Notes under the pieces: generated by a model
Databases searched by the model: none
Seen by the model: the letters and a program-made list of their open reading frames with translations, nothing else
Told to the model about the DNA's origin: nothing
Translations under genes and position numbers: made by a program
DNA from: a virus
Taxonomy: Duplodnaviria > Heunggongvirae > Uroviricota > Caudoviricetes
Virus record (IMG/VR): IMGVR_UViG_3300009709_000002
Location: 232,228 to 296,227 of that record
Reading direction: 5' to 3' (one strand)
Length of the DNA stretch: 64,000 nucleotides
Shown here: in pieces, positions 18,853 to 29,095 of the stretch
Layout of the letters: every line of letters starts with the position of its first letter
Numbering within the stretch: the stretch's first letter is position 1

Positions 18853-20352
18853 TTATTGGAAAGGTAAGTCATCAACGTCTAAAGCTTTGGCCGATGAAGG
18901 CGTTTCACCCTTTGACGCATTGTGAGATGGAATTTCAGCTGCTTCCATCCACGGTGGGATATCACTCGAAAGACCGCTTGCAGCTTTCGGTTTTGGTACT
19001 GGCATTGGAGCTGGAGTTGGCGCCGTTGCATTCATATTTAACAACTTCTTAGCCTTGTCACGAGCCGCGAGAGCTGCTAGACCGGTGGCCATCTTTGTAC
19101 TTGCACCCCCGCCTTCATCATCACGATTGTTGATGAGCAGAGAGATAGGATCAAAATCCATGTAGAAGTGTGAACCTACACCACCTGAAGAACGAGTCTT
19201 CAACATCTTGAACATGTACTCGCGTTTCGCTCTCATTTGATCTGTCTGAATGATGGCGATCAAGTTATCGGTGGTGTTGATCTTTGAGATACCACCAGCG
19301 ATGTTACCTTGATTGAGCTGGTCAGCAGTTTCAACTTGCTGAGCGCTACGACCAAGCTGTGAAGCCGTGATCATTATCAGGTTGTAGTCATTGGCGATCG
19401 CACGAAGTTCTTCAGCTACTGCTTTGTCCTTGATGAACTGATTTTCAACAGAGACCTTTTGGATCGAGCCCATGATGTCGAGATAATCGACTACCAAGAA
19501 ATCTGGCAAGAAGCCATGCAGCATCTCGAATTCTTTGAGATACGCACGAATGTGAGCCGCTGTAGTACTACCTTCCGGCATACGTTTGATGAACAAACGG
19601 CCGTGACCTTCACGTTGGCTGATAATCTCGATGGACGTCTTGGTGATGTCTTTGAGAATGTCTAACTGACCAATCCCAGTGAACATCGAGTCGAAACGTT
19701 TTGCTACGACTTCTTCAGCAAGTTCCAGCGAGATGTAAACACCGTTGAGCTTTCTCTTGGTGAGATTGCGAGCAATGTTCGACATGGTAATGGACTTACC
19801 AACACCAGACGGTGCGGCGAAGATCGTCATTTCCTTGCGGTTCAAACCACCACCGAGCAGCTCATCCAAACGCCACCAGCCAGTCGGAATCAATGCGCCT
19901 GTGGCTTGCAGTCGTTTCAATCGAGCTTCAGGGTCTTCAAAGTAATCCAAACCAAGATTTCGCTGCAGGCCAACTGAGATTGCGTCCTTGATCAGCTTTT
20001 CAACATCACCAAACTTCCCTTCAGCGATCAAAGCTGGTGAGGCCATGATCGCGTTTTCCATCGCTTTGTTCTTACAGAACGTCTCAAACTCATTCTCAGC
20101 GTAGGTCAGCTCAGCCTTGGTGATTGTAGGCTTGTGACCGACAGCTTGACCAGTTTCCACCATGATCTGCTCTGGTGTAGGGACGGCCTTGTACTCATCA
20201 TAGTACGTGCTGAGAAATGTGGCTACTCCTTTGAGCCGTGGATCAAAATAGCTTGCCACCAAGATCGGTTGGACCTTGGCAAAAAGATCAGGCGAGGAAA
20301 TGAGATACGATAAAAGCAGTCTTTGTTTTTCTGGATTGTCAAAATTGTCCAA
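18853..20352 (-). CDS. Replicative DNA helicase (T4 gp41/DnaB-like)
   Basis: Walker A APSGVGKS, YISLELAE, VVDYLD, TASQLGR, KTRS. Confidence 0.93.
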   Translation of the reverse strand: MDNFDNPEKQRLLLSYLISSPDLFAKVQPILVASYFDPRLKGVATFLSTYYDEYKAVPTPEQIMVETGQAVGHKPTITKAELTYAENEFETFCKNKAMENAIMASPALIAEGKFGDVEKLIKDAISVGLQRNLGLDYFEDPEARLKRLQATGALIPTGWWRLDELLGGGLNRKEMTIFAAPSGVGKSITMSNIARNLTKRKLNGVYISLELAEEVVAKRFDSMFTGIGQLDILKDITKTSIEIISQREGHGRLFIKRMPEGSTTAAHIRAYLKEFEMLHGFLPDFLVVDYLDIMGSIQKVSVENQFIKDKAVAEELRAIANDYNLIMITASQLGRSAQQVETADQLNQGNIAGGISKINTTDNLIAIIQTDQMRAKREYMFKMLKTRSSGGVGSHFYMDFDPISLLINNRDDEGGGASTKMATGLAALAARDKAKKLLNMNATAPTPAPMPVPKPKAASGLSSDIPPWMEAAEIPSHNASKGETPSSAKALDVDDLPFQ

Positions 20353-20355
20353 CTA

Positions 20356-21357
20356 TTACCTCTTACACATCGTTTCTACCAACAACTTTCCGGCGAAGCC
20401 GGATACAGCTGTGGTGATTAAATGATTTGCTAACCACAAACGGCCAAGCTTCATGAGTGCATCATTTGCATCATCGATGTCTCCTGGGAGACAAGTCACA
20501 TACCATCCATTTGATAAGGCGGATTGTGCTAGCTTGAAGCCATTTTTGTTCTTGTCGATAACGAAGATGATTCTTCGATTTTGAACTTTTTGTAACGCTT
20601 GCAGTTGGAACTCGGTCAGAGTACTACCAAGAAGCGCCACGCCGTTCTTACCGATTGAAAGTGCATCGATAGGACCTTCAGATACGAAGAGAGGTTCATC
20701 GGTGTAGCGGTAAACTTCATCCATGTTAAAGAACACGTTTGCCTTCTCGACAGACGGATTCTTATAGCGAGGTTGGATTGCCTCGTCCATCGCGCGGGCT
20801 TGCCAGTAGATGACCTTGCCGCGAAAGAAATAAGGAATGATTACCCGACCTTGATATGTCGGGTGTGTCGAAACGTAGTATGGATAGTCCCAATAATCCA
20901 AACCACGAACGATTCTGAGGTATTCCTTGGCTGCCAAAGCCCACGCCGTCCGCTCTTCTGAGACTGGTGTGCTGTCTTTGGGTAGCTCTACCTCTTTGGG
21001 AAAACCTAACGACTTAGGTTTGTTGGGTACTTCCTCGCCTTTTACTTTTGCTTCAAGCTCAGCCTTGCGCTGAAAGAAGCTCTTTGCGGCGATCTTATCT
21101 ACTTCATCTTCAGGAATACCAAATGAGACCAACACCTTTCGCATGTTCTTTGAAAGGAGATAGTCACCTTTTGTGACATCATGAAGAGCTTTACACCCAC
21201 AATTGAAGCAAGAGTAAAAGCTGATTCCACTATCAAATCGCCAGCCCCCACGTTCCTGATAATCATTGCAAACAGGACACTTGACAATATGGAATCCTTT
21301 CGGAGATTTCTTTCCGAGAATTACATGCTGTCTTACTAAGCTTTCAAGGTCGTCCAC
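20356..21357 (-). CDS. DNA primase (T4 gp61-like)
   Basis: Zn finger CPVC...CFNC; Toprim EGPIDAL; DDAND. Confidence 0.9.
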   Translation of the reverse strand: MDDLESLVRQHVILGKKSPKGFHIVKCPVCNDYQERGGWRFDSGISFYSCFNCGCKALHDVTKGDYLLSKNMRKVLVSFGIPEDEVDKIAAKSFFQRKAELEAKVKGEEVPNKPKSLGFPKEVELPKDSTPVSEERTAWALAAKEYLRIVRGLDYWDYPYYVSTHPTYQGRVIIPYFFRGKVIYWQARAMDEAIQPRYKNPSVEKANVFFNMDEVYRYTDEPLFVSEGPIDALSIGKNGVALLGSTLTEFQLQALQKVQNRRIIFVIDKNKNGFKLAQSALSNGWYVTCLPGDIDDANDALMKLGRLWLANHLITTAVSGFAGKLLVETMCKR

Positions 21358-21393
21358 GAAATATCCAACTTGCTGTGATGATATAGAAATGAC

Positions 21394-21426
21394 ATTCTAT
21401 ATCACTTACGCAAGCTTGGATATTTT
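21394..21426 (-). promoter_or_regulatory. Promoter upstream of the primase (TATAC-like class)
   Basis: AAAA-TATCCA-N17-TAGAAT. Confidence 0.45.
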
Positions 21427-21437
21427 ACAGGATTATG

Positions 21438-22115
21438 TTAACCTTTCGAGGTGTTGCTCGGAACGTTGACCGGAACGTGGTGAATGCTTTGTAGTTGATT
21501 AGCGTATGCTTTCACTTTGACCGTGTACGGGTGCGTATGTGGGTCAATCGACTGAGCTCCTAGAGCTCCTTGATTGTAGGCCGTGATGCCTTGGTCAGGG
21601 TTCTTGTTGACACCCATGAGAAGAACATATTTTGACGCGACGCGGATGTTGAACTTGTCGTCAAGGATCAACCTTGCCTGGAGCTCTTCATCGGTATGCG
21701 TATCAAGACCCTTCCACATGGCTGGATACTTTTGCATGACTTCCTTAGCGGCGTTCAACTTGATCTGAGCGATACCGAAGTAGCGATCTCCTACCTTGTT
21801 TTCAAGCCCTGCAACCCGGAAGCCTGGTAGATTACCAGCGTGTGATTCTTGCATGATCAAACCCTCGAGAAGCTGAGGATTCTTATGACCGTCATCTTTT
21901 GCCACCTGGTAGGCGTAATTGATGAGATCGTACTGCTTGGTCGTCATATTTGGCGGGAGTTTGATAGTGTAAGGCTTACCACCATCTTTTCCGTCGTTAG
22001 ACGCGGCGTATATTACTGAGGTCCCGTTTTGAACGGTGACTGGTTCTATGTAGCGGTACGCTGTCACAGCTAGTGCAGTCGTAGCGCCCAAGAAAATAGC
22101 AATGAAAAGCTTCAT
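21438..22115 (-). CDS. Lytic transglycosylase (SLT-like) with N-terminal hydrophobic signal
   Basis: IMQESHAG...GIAQI...FNIRVASKY...AYNQG. Confidence 0.85.
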   Translation of the reverse strand: MKLFIAIFLGATTALAVTAYRYIEPVTVQNGTSVIYAASNDGKDGGKPYTIKLPPNMTTKQYDLINYAYQVAKDDGHKNPQLLEGLIMQESHAGNLPGFRVAGLENKVGDRYFGIAQIKLNAAKEVMQKYPAMWKGLDTHTDEELQARLILDDKFNIRVASKYVLLMGVNKNPDQGITAYNQGALGAQSIDPHTHPYTVKVKAYANQLQSIHHVPVNVPSNTSKG

Positions 22116-22225
22116 CGGCTAGACTCTCCATGTGTATGTCATCAACTGTACCATGCTACGGTGTGAAGTTGAAGACGTAGGTTAACACGAGATCTGTCGT
22201 CTCGACAAGATATAGCTCTATAGAA

Positions 22226-22254
22226 ATTATATCACAAACTGAGCTTTAAGTATA
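22226..22254 (-). promoter_or_regulatory. Promoter of the TATAC class
   Basis: TATACT-N17-TATAAT. Confidence 0.65.
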
Positions 22255-22276
22255 TCCAAAAATAGTAATGCAAACA

Positions 22277-22305
22277 GCTAGAATCCGAACGAATCGGATT
22301 CTAGC
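22277..22305 (-). terminator. Terminator
   Basis: gctagaatccga...tcggattctagc perfect 12-bp stem, followed by T-rich sequence on the minus strand. Confidence 0.7.
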
Positions 22306-22336
22306 ATCGACTTATTGTGAAAAGCTGGATTGAAGC

Positions 22337-22753
22337 TTAGCCGTCAATGACGCCGGATTCTGGGTTCGAGAACTGCGAACCGATCATCGTGTCACTGGTT
22401 TCGCGGGCCGACAGAAGGCCGCCACCCATTGCAGTATTGACTGCACCAGGGGCTTTCTTAACGCGAACTAGGCGGTGGAAGTAGTCAAGAGCATTGATAC
22501 CGTTTGACAGACGCTTTTGCGACATAAGGTCCCAAAGTTCATACTTGTCTGCGTGCAAGTCGGTAACGATTTTCTTCAGACGACCCTTGTCAATGTTGTC
22601 CAGGAGTTGTACGTCGATGTAGTACACTGAACCATTGCCGTCCTTCTTTACAACCGCAACTTCACGGTACTGGCCATCATCATTCATGTCCAGGTAGTAC
22701 ACGTGGTTGAGGCTGGTTTTAATCAGCTTTTCTTTGTTCTTAGCTTCTGCCAT
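22337..22753 (-). CDS. Hypothetical protein, late-expressed
   Basis: 138-aa ORF with TATAAATA at 22822-22829 upstream. Confidence 0.65.
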   Translation of the reverse strand: MAEAKNKEKLIKTSLNHVYYLDMNDDGQYREVAVVKKDGNGSVYYIDVQLLDNIDKGRLKKIVTDLHADKYELWDLMSQKRLSNGINALDYFHRLVRVKKAPGAVNTAMGGGLLSARETSDTMIGSQFSNPESGVIDG

Positions 22754-22883
22754 GTTTATGCTCCAGAGTAATTGAGTCTGAGTTTACGCTATGTTTTATA
22801 GCAATGTTTGGTTAACGAGAATATTTATAGTCTTCGAAAATCAACATTCTCGTTTCCCAGATGAATAAATACAGACTTTTGAC

Positions 22884-23060
22884 TCAGTCAGAGCTTCTAG
22901 CGTCCAGTTCAGCTGCTTTGGCAAGATTCTCAAGGATACGCTTTGTTAAGTACTCCTCAAACTGAGCAGGAAAATCAACAACAGGTGCACAACTCCATTT
23001 ACCTTTGAGCTTTCGTTTGAAACGAATTGGTTTGCTCTTTGCTCGTACTCTAATTTTCAT
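22884..23060 (-). CDS. Small basic hypothetical protein (58 aa; absent from the ORF track)
   Basis: MKIRVRAKSKPIRFKRKLKGKWS... fills the intergenic gap. Confidence 0.5.
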   Translation of the reverse strand: MKIRVRAKSKPIRFKRKLKGKWSCAPVVDFPAQFEEYLTKRILENLAKAAELDARSSD

Positions 23061-23174
23061 AGCTTATTGCGAATGATCATCCATGGAATATTCTTGCTAG
23101 CTAGAACGTCATTGACCTGCTTGTCAATGACAGTAGTTGCCTCAGTAAGAAGTTCAATACCAAAATCGTCTAGA

Positions 23175-24287
23175 TCAGAAGCTGAGAAGAGACGTTCGTT
23201 GGACTGGCGATTCTTCCTGATCTTCGCGAGCAGCTCTCTTTTCAGACGCTGCGGCTCGCTCAAGAGTCGGTTGCGCTTCACCTTTACGGTAGCGCTGGTT
23301 GTGGGAAAACATGTCAGCAAATTTAGTGGCATTTTGAGCGACACTGCTAAGATTGAATGAGTTGAGGAACCGCAAGAAGTGGAAGTGTGAGTAGTGGCCA
23401 ACGTTGTCGGTTTGCTTCTGAACTTCCTCAAGGAGATACGCACGAAGTGGTTCAGGTTGAGCTCTCAGATCGACAAGCACTTTGTTCTCATCATACAAGT
23501 CACCAACACGATATTGAACCATCTTGGCAGAACCATCTTCATTCAGCACCGGCAACCCACGTTCATCACGCTCAGGTTCTGACCATGTTGAATTCATGAA
23601 GTTGATGCGATCATACTCATTGGTGTAAGCAGCCTTGATCTTCGTTTCACGAACTCGTGGGAAAGCTGATGGAACATAGTCGCCCATGTCACCGCGAATA
23701 CACTTCAAGAACAACCAGTACTCGATGTCTGGTTCATAGCCCTTATCACCAGGCTGATTGCGGAACTTCCCATTGTCAGGATTGATGAGCTTGACATTTT
23801 CATCACGAGTAAGCTGTGTGAAATCTCGGTCACCAGAGACGATGAAGACTTCATGATCTGGCGCGGCATTGATTTGTGCGTAAGCAGCGATCTCATCATC
23901 GGCTTCCATGCCTGGAACATTCAAGCAGATGATCGACGTATGAGCAGCGATCGTCTCCTTGAAGGAGTTCATTAGCTTGTAGAAGTGCTCCATGGCAGGA
24001 TCATACGCGCGGTTGCCCTTATAGGCGAGACGTGAACGATTCTTCTTGGTGTATTCTTTGCGCCAGTTATCACCGCCTTCAAAAGCAAAGACGATGATGT
24101 CTGGTCGAAACTTCTCATAGTACTTGAAGATCGATTGAAGCGAGATATGCATGCAGAGACCAACCAGATCTTGTGGATCTGTGTCAGCTGCACCATAAGG
24201 AGACTGTTTTTGAACAGCAGCAACTCGAAAAAGCAAGTTGCTGATGTCCATTACCAGACTGCGTTTCTTACCTGGTGTTCGTTTCAT
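23175..24287 (-). CDS. rnh: RNase H / 5'-3' exonuclease (T4 Rnh/FEN-like)
   Basis: MDISN, EADD, SGDRDFTQL, GDMGD motifs. Confidence 0.88.
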   Translation of the reverse strand: MKRTPGKKRSLVMDISNLLFRVAAVQKQSPYGAADTDPQDLVGLCMHISLQSIFKYYEKFRPDIIVFAFEGGDNWRKEYTKKNRSRLAYKGNRAYDPAMEHFYKLMNSFKETIAAHTSIICLNVPGMEADDEIAAYAQINAAPDHEVFIVSGDRDFTQLTRDENVKLINPDNGKFRNQPGDKGYEPDIEYWLFLKCIRGDMGDYVPSAFPRVRETKIKAAYTNEYDRINFMNSTWSEPERDERGLPVLNEDGSAKMVQYRVGDLYDENKVLVDLRAQPEPLRAYLLEEVQKQTDNVGHYSHFHFLRFLNSFNLSSVAQNATKFADMFSHNQRYRKGEAQPTLERAAASEKRAAREDQEESPVQRTSLLSF

Positions 24288-24844
24288 TAGTTGTCCAAAC
24301 GACGGCGGCGATTTGTATGACGAACGTATCCGCCTTGATTGTCACCAACGGTGCTGTCAAACTGCTCACCTGCTCCGCCAGTTACTAATCCTTCCACCTC
24401 TTCGACGTCAGGGTAATCCTTGAACGTCTCGTCAATTTCTTGGTGGAACTCATCGAATTTTTTCGCGGTGAGCATTTGGAGATATAGCTGAACGGCCTCT
24501 TCTTCCGTTTCACCTTCGATGCCGTTCTTTTGTAGGTGTAGGATGAAGGCGCTGTTCCAATCCAGCTTGACTTTTGCTACACCATCTCGTTCGAGTCCCA
24601 TGTGGACAACGTCGAGACGCGGTTCTTCTTCATATACCTTTTCGGGATAGAGAACAAACTGTTCTACCAGCTTCTTCTCATCCCAGTCAACGCGAGCGTG
24701 TGCTGGAACTTTAGATTCAGCCAGGCTAACAAAAGCCTGGTTGTATCCATTAACTGCAAAACGTCCAACAGCAAACGTTGCATCGACCCAAGGTGTTGAT
24801 TTTCCTCCAAGTTTATTAAACCAGAGGTTCTTGAGCCAAAGCAT
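24287..24844 (-). CDS. Hypothetical protein
   Basis: 185-aa ORF coupled between the clamp and RNase H genes. Confidence 0.6.
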   Translation of the reverse strand: MLWLKNLWFNKLGGKSTPWVDATFAVGRFAVNGYNQAFVSLAESKVPAHARVDWDEKKLVEQFVLYPEKVYEEEPRLDVVHMGLERDGVAKVKLDWNSAFILHLQKNGIEGETEEEAVQLYLQMLTAKKFDEFHQEIDETFKDYPDVEEVEGLVTGGAGEQFDSTVGDNQGGYVRHTNRRRRLDN

Positions 24845-24853
24845 GCTTAATCC

Positions 24854-25603
24854 TTAGTTTGACGACGGAATGACGAAGAAGTCAAAGCCGTTAACCTGGA
24901 GCGACAGAATGCCGTTTGCTCCAAGAGTGAGTACTACGTGGTCAATGCCAGCGGATGCTTCCTTGATCAACGGCAGGAGAGTCTTGGCCGGATACTTCTG
25001 GCAGAAAGTGGTAGATGTTGCATCGCCATCGCCGATCCATTCCGGAGCGGTGTCAGTTTCGGTGGTGAAGACGTCCTTGTTGGAGTCCATTGCTTCGAAG
25101 GTGACGTTCTTGGCGTCCTTCGTGGCGATGGTGATCGTTTCCGATTGCATCGCCGATGCGCCTTGCGTGATCAGCGGAATTTGCTTTGTCGGAAGCTTGA
25201 TCGACCAGACGATCGAGTCAGCGATGTTCTTCGGAACACCCTTGACAGTTTCGATAGCAGCCGAACGGAATTGAGTTTTCGTCTTGCCCGACGACAGATC
25301 CAAACGAGCGATTTCTGCATCGCTACGACCATCAACCGCATCGATGGCGACGTCGCCTTGGGTCTTGATGAGGTTCAGACGAGCGGCGAGTTGCGACGGA
25401 CGAGTGATCGTCAGCGTCTTGCCTTCCAAGTCAGGAACATTGGCCTTCGAGATCAGAGCAACCGTTTGCTTTTCATCGATACCGCGGATGACAGCGTTGC
25501 CGTTGCTATCCTTGTCGATGATAATCTTTTCAATGCCTGCCTTCAGAGCAGTGGTGAGCAGAGTATCGAGTTGCTTGATGGAGTCGTTGGACAGCTTTGT
25601 CAT
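24854..25603 (-). CDS. Sliding clamp (T4 gp45-like)
   Basis: Size of 249 aa, MTKLS start, alternating beta/alpha pattern, position among replication genes. Confidence 0.65.
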   Translation of the reverse strand: MTKLSNDSIKQLDTLLTTALKAGIEKIIIDKDSNGNAVIRGIDEKQTVALISKANVPDLEGKTLTITRPSQLAARLNLIKTQGDVAIDAVDGRSDAEIARLDLSSGKTKTQFRSAAIETVKGVPKNIADSIVWSIKLPTKQIPLITQGASAMQSETITIATKDAKNVTFEAMDSNKDVFTTETDTAPEWIGDGDATSTTFCQKYPAKTLLPLIKEASAGIDHVVLTLGANGILSLQVNGFDFFVIPSSN

Positions 25604-25671
25604 ATTGATTTTACCGGTTTGAATTTGATATGAGTTTTAGCACCGTCGATTAGTGCTTAGAGTGAATTTTG

Positions 25672-25705
25672 ATTATATCACCGCCTTTCAAAGCGGTATA
25701 TTTTT
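25672..25705 (-). promoter_or_regulatory. TATAC-class promoter with an inverted repeat in the spacer
   Basis: AAAAA-TATACC-N17-TATAAT; the spacer contains accgctttgaaaggcggt. Confidence 0.65.
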
Positions 25706-25728
25706 CATCAAAATTCACGGTGACGTAT

Positions 25729-26199
25729 TTATTTGTGGTTTGTAAAAAGCATCTTTCGGTGGTGTGCTAGCGCAGCAGGAATGTAGTCATTCAGGACGTC
25801 GAATTCTACTTGAAATCCCAGTGAACCGCGCAGAATCCTGCCGTTCAATGACGTGATTTCAACTTCTTTCGTTTTATAGAGCTCTTCAACGTTGCAGATC
25901 AAGACCTGCTCATCAGTCATCGTCTTGATGCCTGACAAATCCCAGCGATTCGTCCAGACGTACATCTTACAGTCTTTGAAAACCTTCTCACCAAGAAGCT
26001 CCCAGTGAGGGATGATTCTCACGCCAGTTTCTTCCTTGAACTCACGCTCCATTGCTGAACGGTGAGACTCACCACCTTCAATGTGGCCACCAACACCATT
26101 CAGCTTACCGGCCAGAAAATCTGGCCGGTTCTTACGGAGGAGTACAACATTCTCAAGGTCTTCAGAGAAGACCAAACCTAACACCAGATCTTTTGCCAT
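25729..26199 (-). CDS. Nudix hydrolase
   Basis: Nudix box GGHIEGGESHRSAMEREFKEETGV. Confidence 0.9.
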   Translation of the reverse strand: MAKDLVLGLVFSEDLENVVLLRKNRPDFLAGKLNGVGGHIEGGESHRSAMEREFKEETGVRIIPHWELLGEKVFKDCKMYVWTNRWDLSGIKTMTDEQVLICNVEELYKTKEVEITSLNGRILRGSLGFQVEFDVLNDYIPAALAHHRKMLFTNHK

Positions 26200-28925
26200 T
26201 AGAAACTCAATAGAGATTGAACTTTCATTGTTTGCGGCGTAGGAACTTCCCAGCCGATCGCGTCAAAGATGTTACCGAGCTTACCGTCGATCATCTTATC
26301 TTCCGTTGCTTTCTTGTCAACCTCGAAACGATCCGTGAACCATTGTGGGAAAGACATTGTGTCTGACGAGAAAGCCATGCTCTTCAAACCATACTCATTT
26401 TCCTTCAACCACACGATGTAGATCTTGTTACCGGAGATGATCGGAAGAGTTTCCTTCACACCAAGCTCCTTGAGCATCTCATTGTGGTTGATCGTCGAGC
26501 GGACGTTGGACGGCAGATTCACCTTTCCAAGACCCGGCTTCTCAATGCGTTCCCACTTCATGTAATACTCTTCAAGATTCTTCACCGAGGTGATGGTCGC
26601 GAATTCAAGAATGTTGACATTCTCATTGTGAGTTAACTTCTTGCGGAAGTCGATAATGTACTCATCAACCTCACGCTTTGGTTCACCCTTCAGAACCATC
26701 ATCGTGACATCATACAAGAAGTCTTTGATGATTTGCGGAGTGGACGACAGCTTGATGTCCGACCCTTGAGTCTTCAGAGCCTTCGTCGAATCCGGATCAA
26801 TTTCCACGCCTTCCATATTGCGGACGTAGAGCAGATATTTTTTCTTGGCACGGAAGATACCAGATTCTGCCACCACTTCTCGGTTTGCCTTGATCAAAGA
26901 GTCATGCGCAGGTTGACACAAGAAAGCTTCCTGCATTAGCTTGACGAATGATTCATTGACCTGGTCGACGATCGCATCTGCAGCAGCGACTGCCTCATCC
27001 TTGTCCCTCACCAGCTTGTCCATAGTGAAGTAGCATGAGTCAGTATCCGAGTAGATCGGGCCAAGACCTTCAGGAATATCAACCGTATACTCATTCACGG
27101 TTTCTCCCTTATTGTCAACCCAAGTTCTCTTGACGACCTTTGGACAATCTTCACCCATCATCAACGCCGAGATGGTGTTGATCATGTGCGTGGTGATCTG
27201 ACGACCAGAACCAGTTGTCGAAGCACCAAGACGTGGATCATGGAAGCGACAGTACTCATTCAAGGTTGCGCCGTATGACGAGTTGAGCAGCACCTTGCGA
27301 ATGCCTTGAGCCATGTCAAAGTATTCTTCTTGAGTCGACGCTTCAATGTAAGCTGGGTCGGTCTTATCACCACCGTTGCTCTTCAGGATGTCACGAGCTT
27401 GCTTTGCGAATTCCTTCTTCTTGGCTTGCAGCTCCTTACGACCCTTAAACCAGTACGACAGGACGGCCGGAATCAGACCTTCGCCAGACGATTGGTCAAG
27501 TACCGTGCCGTATGCAGAAACGGCATACTTGCTAGACTTGAACAACTCGATGAATTCACCAACAGTGGCGGTAATTGCTTCACTACCGTCATCCAACACC
27601 AGAGTCAGAGTTTCATCATTGCGAGCAGCTTCTGGTCCAACGATCTGTGCGTTGTAGATCTTGCGCCAGTCGGATTCATAGCCAGTAAACTGACCAATGA
27701 TCTTTTCCGGAGACAGATTGAGTGAGCGATACACACTTGGGTAAAGTGAGTTAATGTCACATGAGGCGATCCAGCGGTGAAGGCCAATCTTCGGCGTCAT
27801 TACCAACGCGCCTTCAACCTTCTCACCCGGCTTGTGCTTCCGATCAAAAACGATCCGATGAAGGATGTTGTGACAGAAGTTGATAATGGCAGTGTCGATC
27901 AACTGCACCGAACCGAAAATCGCGTTAAAGTTCACGGTAGCTTCATGGACCATGTTATTGGCCAGCTGAATGTACTTGAACTTCTTCTCCAACTGCTCGA
28001 GAATTTCAGTGTCTCGGCGGTTGTACTTCAGGAAGGTAACAAAGTCATCATTGTAGAGGTCAGCCAAAGTTCCATCATAGTGGAGCTTCGGAATATCCAG
28101 CTCATCGGCAGCGATTGCAGCGAGAGCGAATGAGGCACGACCACCAAGATTGAACTTCTTGAAGAGACGCATGTAGTCCATGTGAACTCGGCTTCCGAGC
28201 TCCAGGCACAGATCCTTCGTCTTGGCACCTTTGAAACGTTCAACTTCAGACCAATATGGCTTCGGACCTTCTTCAAAGGCAAGCTTTGCGAACGCAGCCG
28301 GGCCAAGGACCTTTTCAATTCGCTTGCCGATGTACGGCAAGTCAAAGAACTCAGAGTTCCAACCTGAGAGGACATCGCATTGCTCGATGTCGATGATCAT
28401 TCTCTGGAGGAGTTCCTTCTCCGTCCGAAAGAGGACCATGTCACTGATCTCATCAGGAAGCTTGTCATTGTCCCAATCCCAGCTACGTGGAGGGACTGCA
28501 TATGTCAAGAACTTTGCCAAGTCGCTGCGATAGATCGTAACAGCATTGATCGGCGCATATGGATTCGTCGGGCTCGAGAATCCAATCAGCTTGTCATAGT
28601 CTACTTCGATGTCCAGGAGTCCATACACGAGGTTTGGAGCTGGTTTGCCCGAGTATTGATCCATGAGGATCTTTTCCATCGGGGAGATGTCACTTTCGAA
28701 TCGTGGATTGAAACGGCGACATGCTTCTTCGAATTCAGCCTTGTTGTCGAATTCGAGACGTTTGAGAGGTTCACCTGTTAGTGAAACGTGTTCACCGAGC
28801 TTATGCGGGACATAGAAGTAGTAGGGGCACTTATATGCTTTTACCCGACGATTCCCTTCGGCACTGCGTTCCCATACGACCACTCGGTCGCGGTACTTAT
28901 CGTGGTATGCGGCAATGAAAGACAA
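26199..28925 (-). CDS. Family B DNA polymerase (T4 gp43-like), uninterrupted
   Basis: DIEVD exonuclease motif, DINSLYPS, KVLLNSSYG, YSDTDS, KKKY. Confidence 0.95.
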   Translation of the reverse strand: MSFIAAYHDKYRDRVVVWERSAEGNRRVKAYKCPYYFYVPHKLGEHVSLTGEPLKRLEFDNKAEFEEACRRFNPRFESDISPMEKILMDQYSGKPAPNLVYGLLDIEVDYDKLIGFSSPTNPYAPINAVTIYRSDLAKFLTYAVPPRSWDWDNDKLPDEISDMVLFRTEKELLQRMIIDIEQCDVLSGWNSEFFDLPYIGKRIEKVLGPAAFAKLAFEEGPKPYWSEVERFKGAKTKDLCLELGSRVHMDYMRLFKKFNLGGRASFALAAIAADELDIPKLHYDGTLADLYNDDFVTFLKYNRRDTEILEQLEKKFKYIQLANNMVHEATVNFNAIFGSVQLIDTAIINFCHNILHRIVFDRKHKPGEKVEGALVMTPKIGLHRWIASCDINSLYPSVYRSLNLSPEKIIGQFTGYESDWRKIYNAQIVGPEAARNDETLTLVLDDGSEAITATVGEFIELFKSSKYAVSAYGTVLDQSSGEGLIPAVLSYWFKGRKELQAKKKEFAKQARDILKSNGGDKTDPAYIEASTQEEYFDMAQGIRKVLLNSSYGATLNEYCRFHDPRLGASTTGSGRQITTHMINTISALMMGEDCPKVVKRTWVDNKGETVNEYTVDIPEGLGPIYSDTDSCYFTMDKLVRDKDEAVAAADAIVDQVNESFVKLMQEAFLCQPAHDSLIKANREVVAESGIFRAKKKYLLYVRNMEGVEIDPDSTKALKTQGSDIKLSSTPQIIKDFLYDVTMMVLKGEPKREVDEYIIDFRKKLTHNENVNILEFATITSVKNLEEYYMKWERIEKPGLGKVNLPSNVRSTINHNEMLKELGVKETLPIISGNKIYIVWLKENEYGLKSMAFSSDTMSFPQWFTDRFEVDKKATEDKMIDGKLGNIFDAIGWEVPTPQTMKVQSLLSF

Positions 28926-29095
28926 TTACGAAAATCCTGAAAAGATGTGATGTACTGCTATTGTAAAACTTACTGCCAGAAGTGGTATTATTCGTCACCA
29001 TCTGGCTGTGGAACCTTGCTGTTCCACAAAATGTTCGCTATCATCTGCTGAACGAAGATAGCAGCTAAAATGCAAAGTGCAATTTTCATCAGCGA

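Noticed and set aside
26199-28925. Intron, intein or homing endonuclease in the DNA polymerase
   Set aside because: The ORF is continuous and of normal length (908 aa), with no intein motifs or HNH/GIY-YIG genes nearby.
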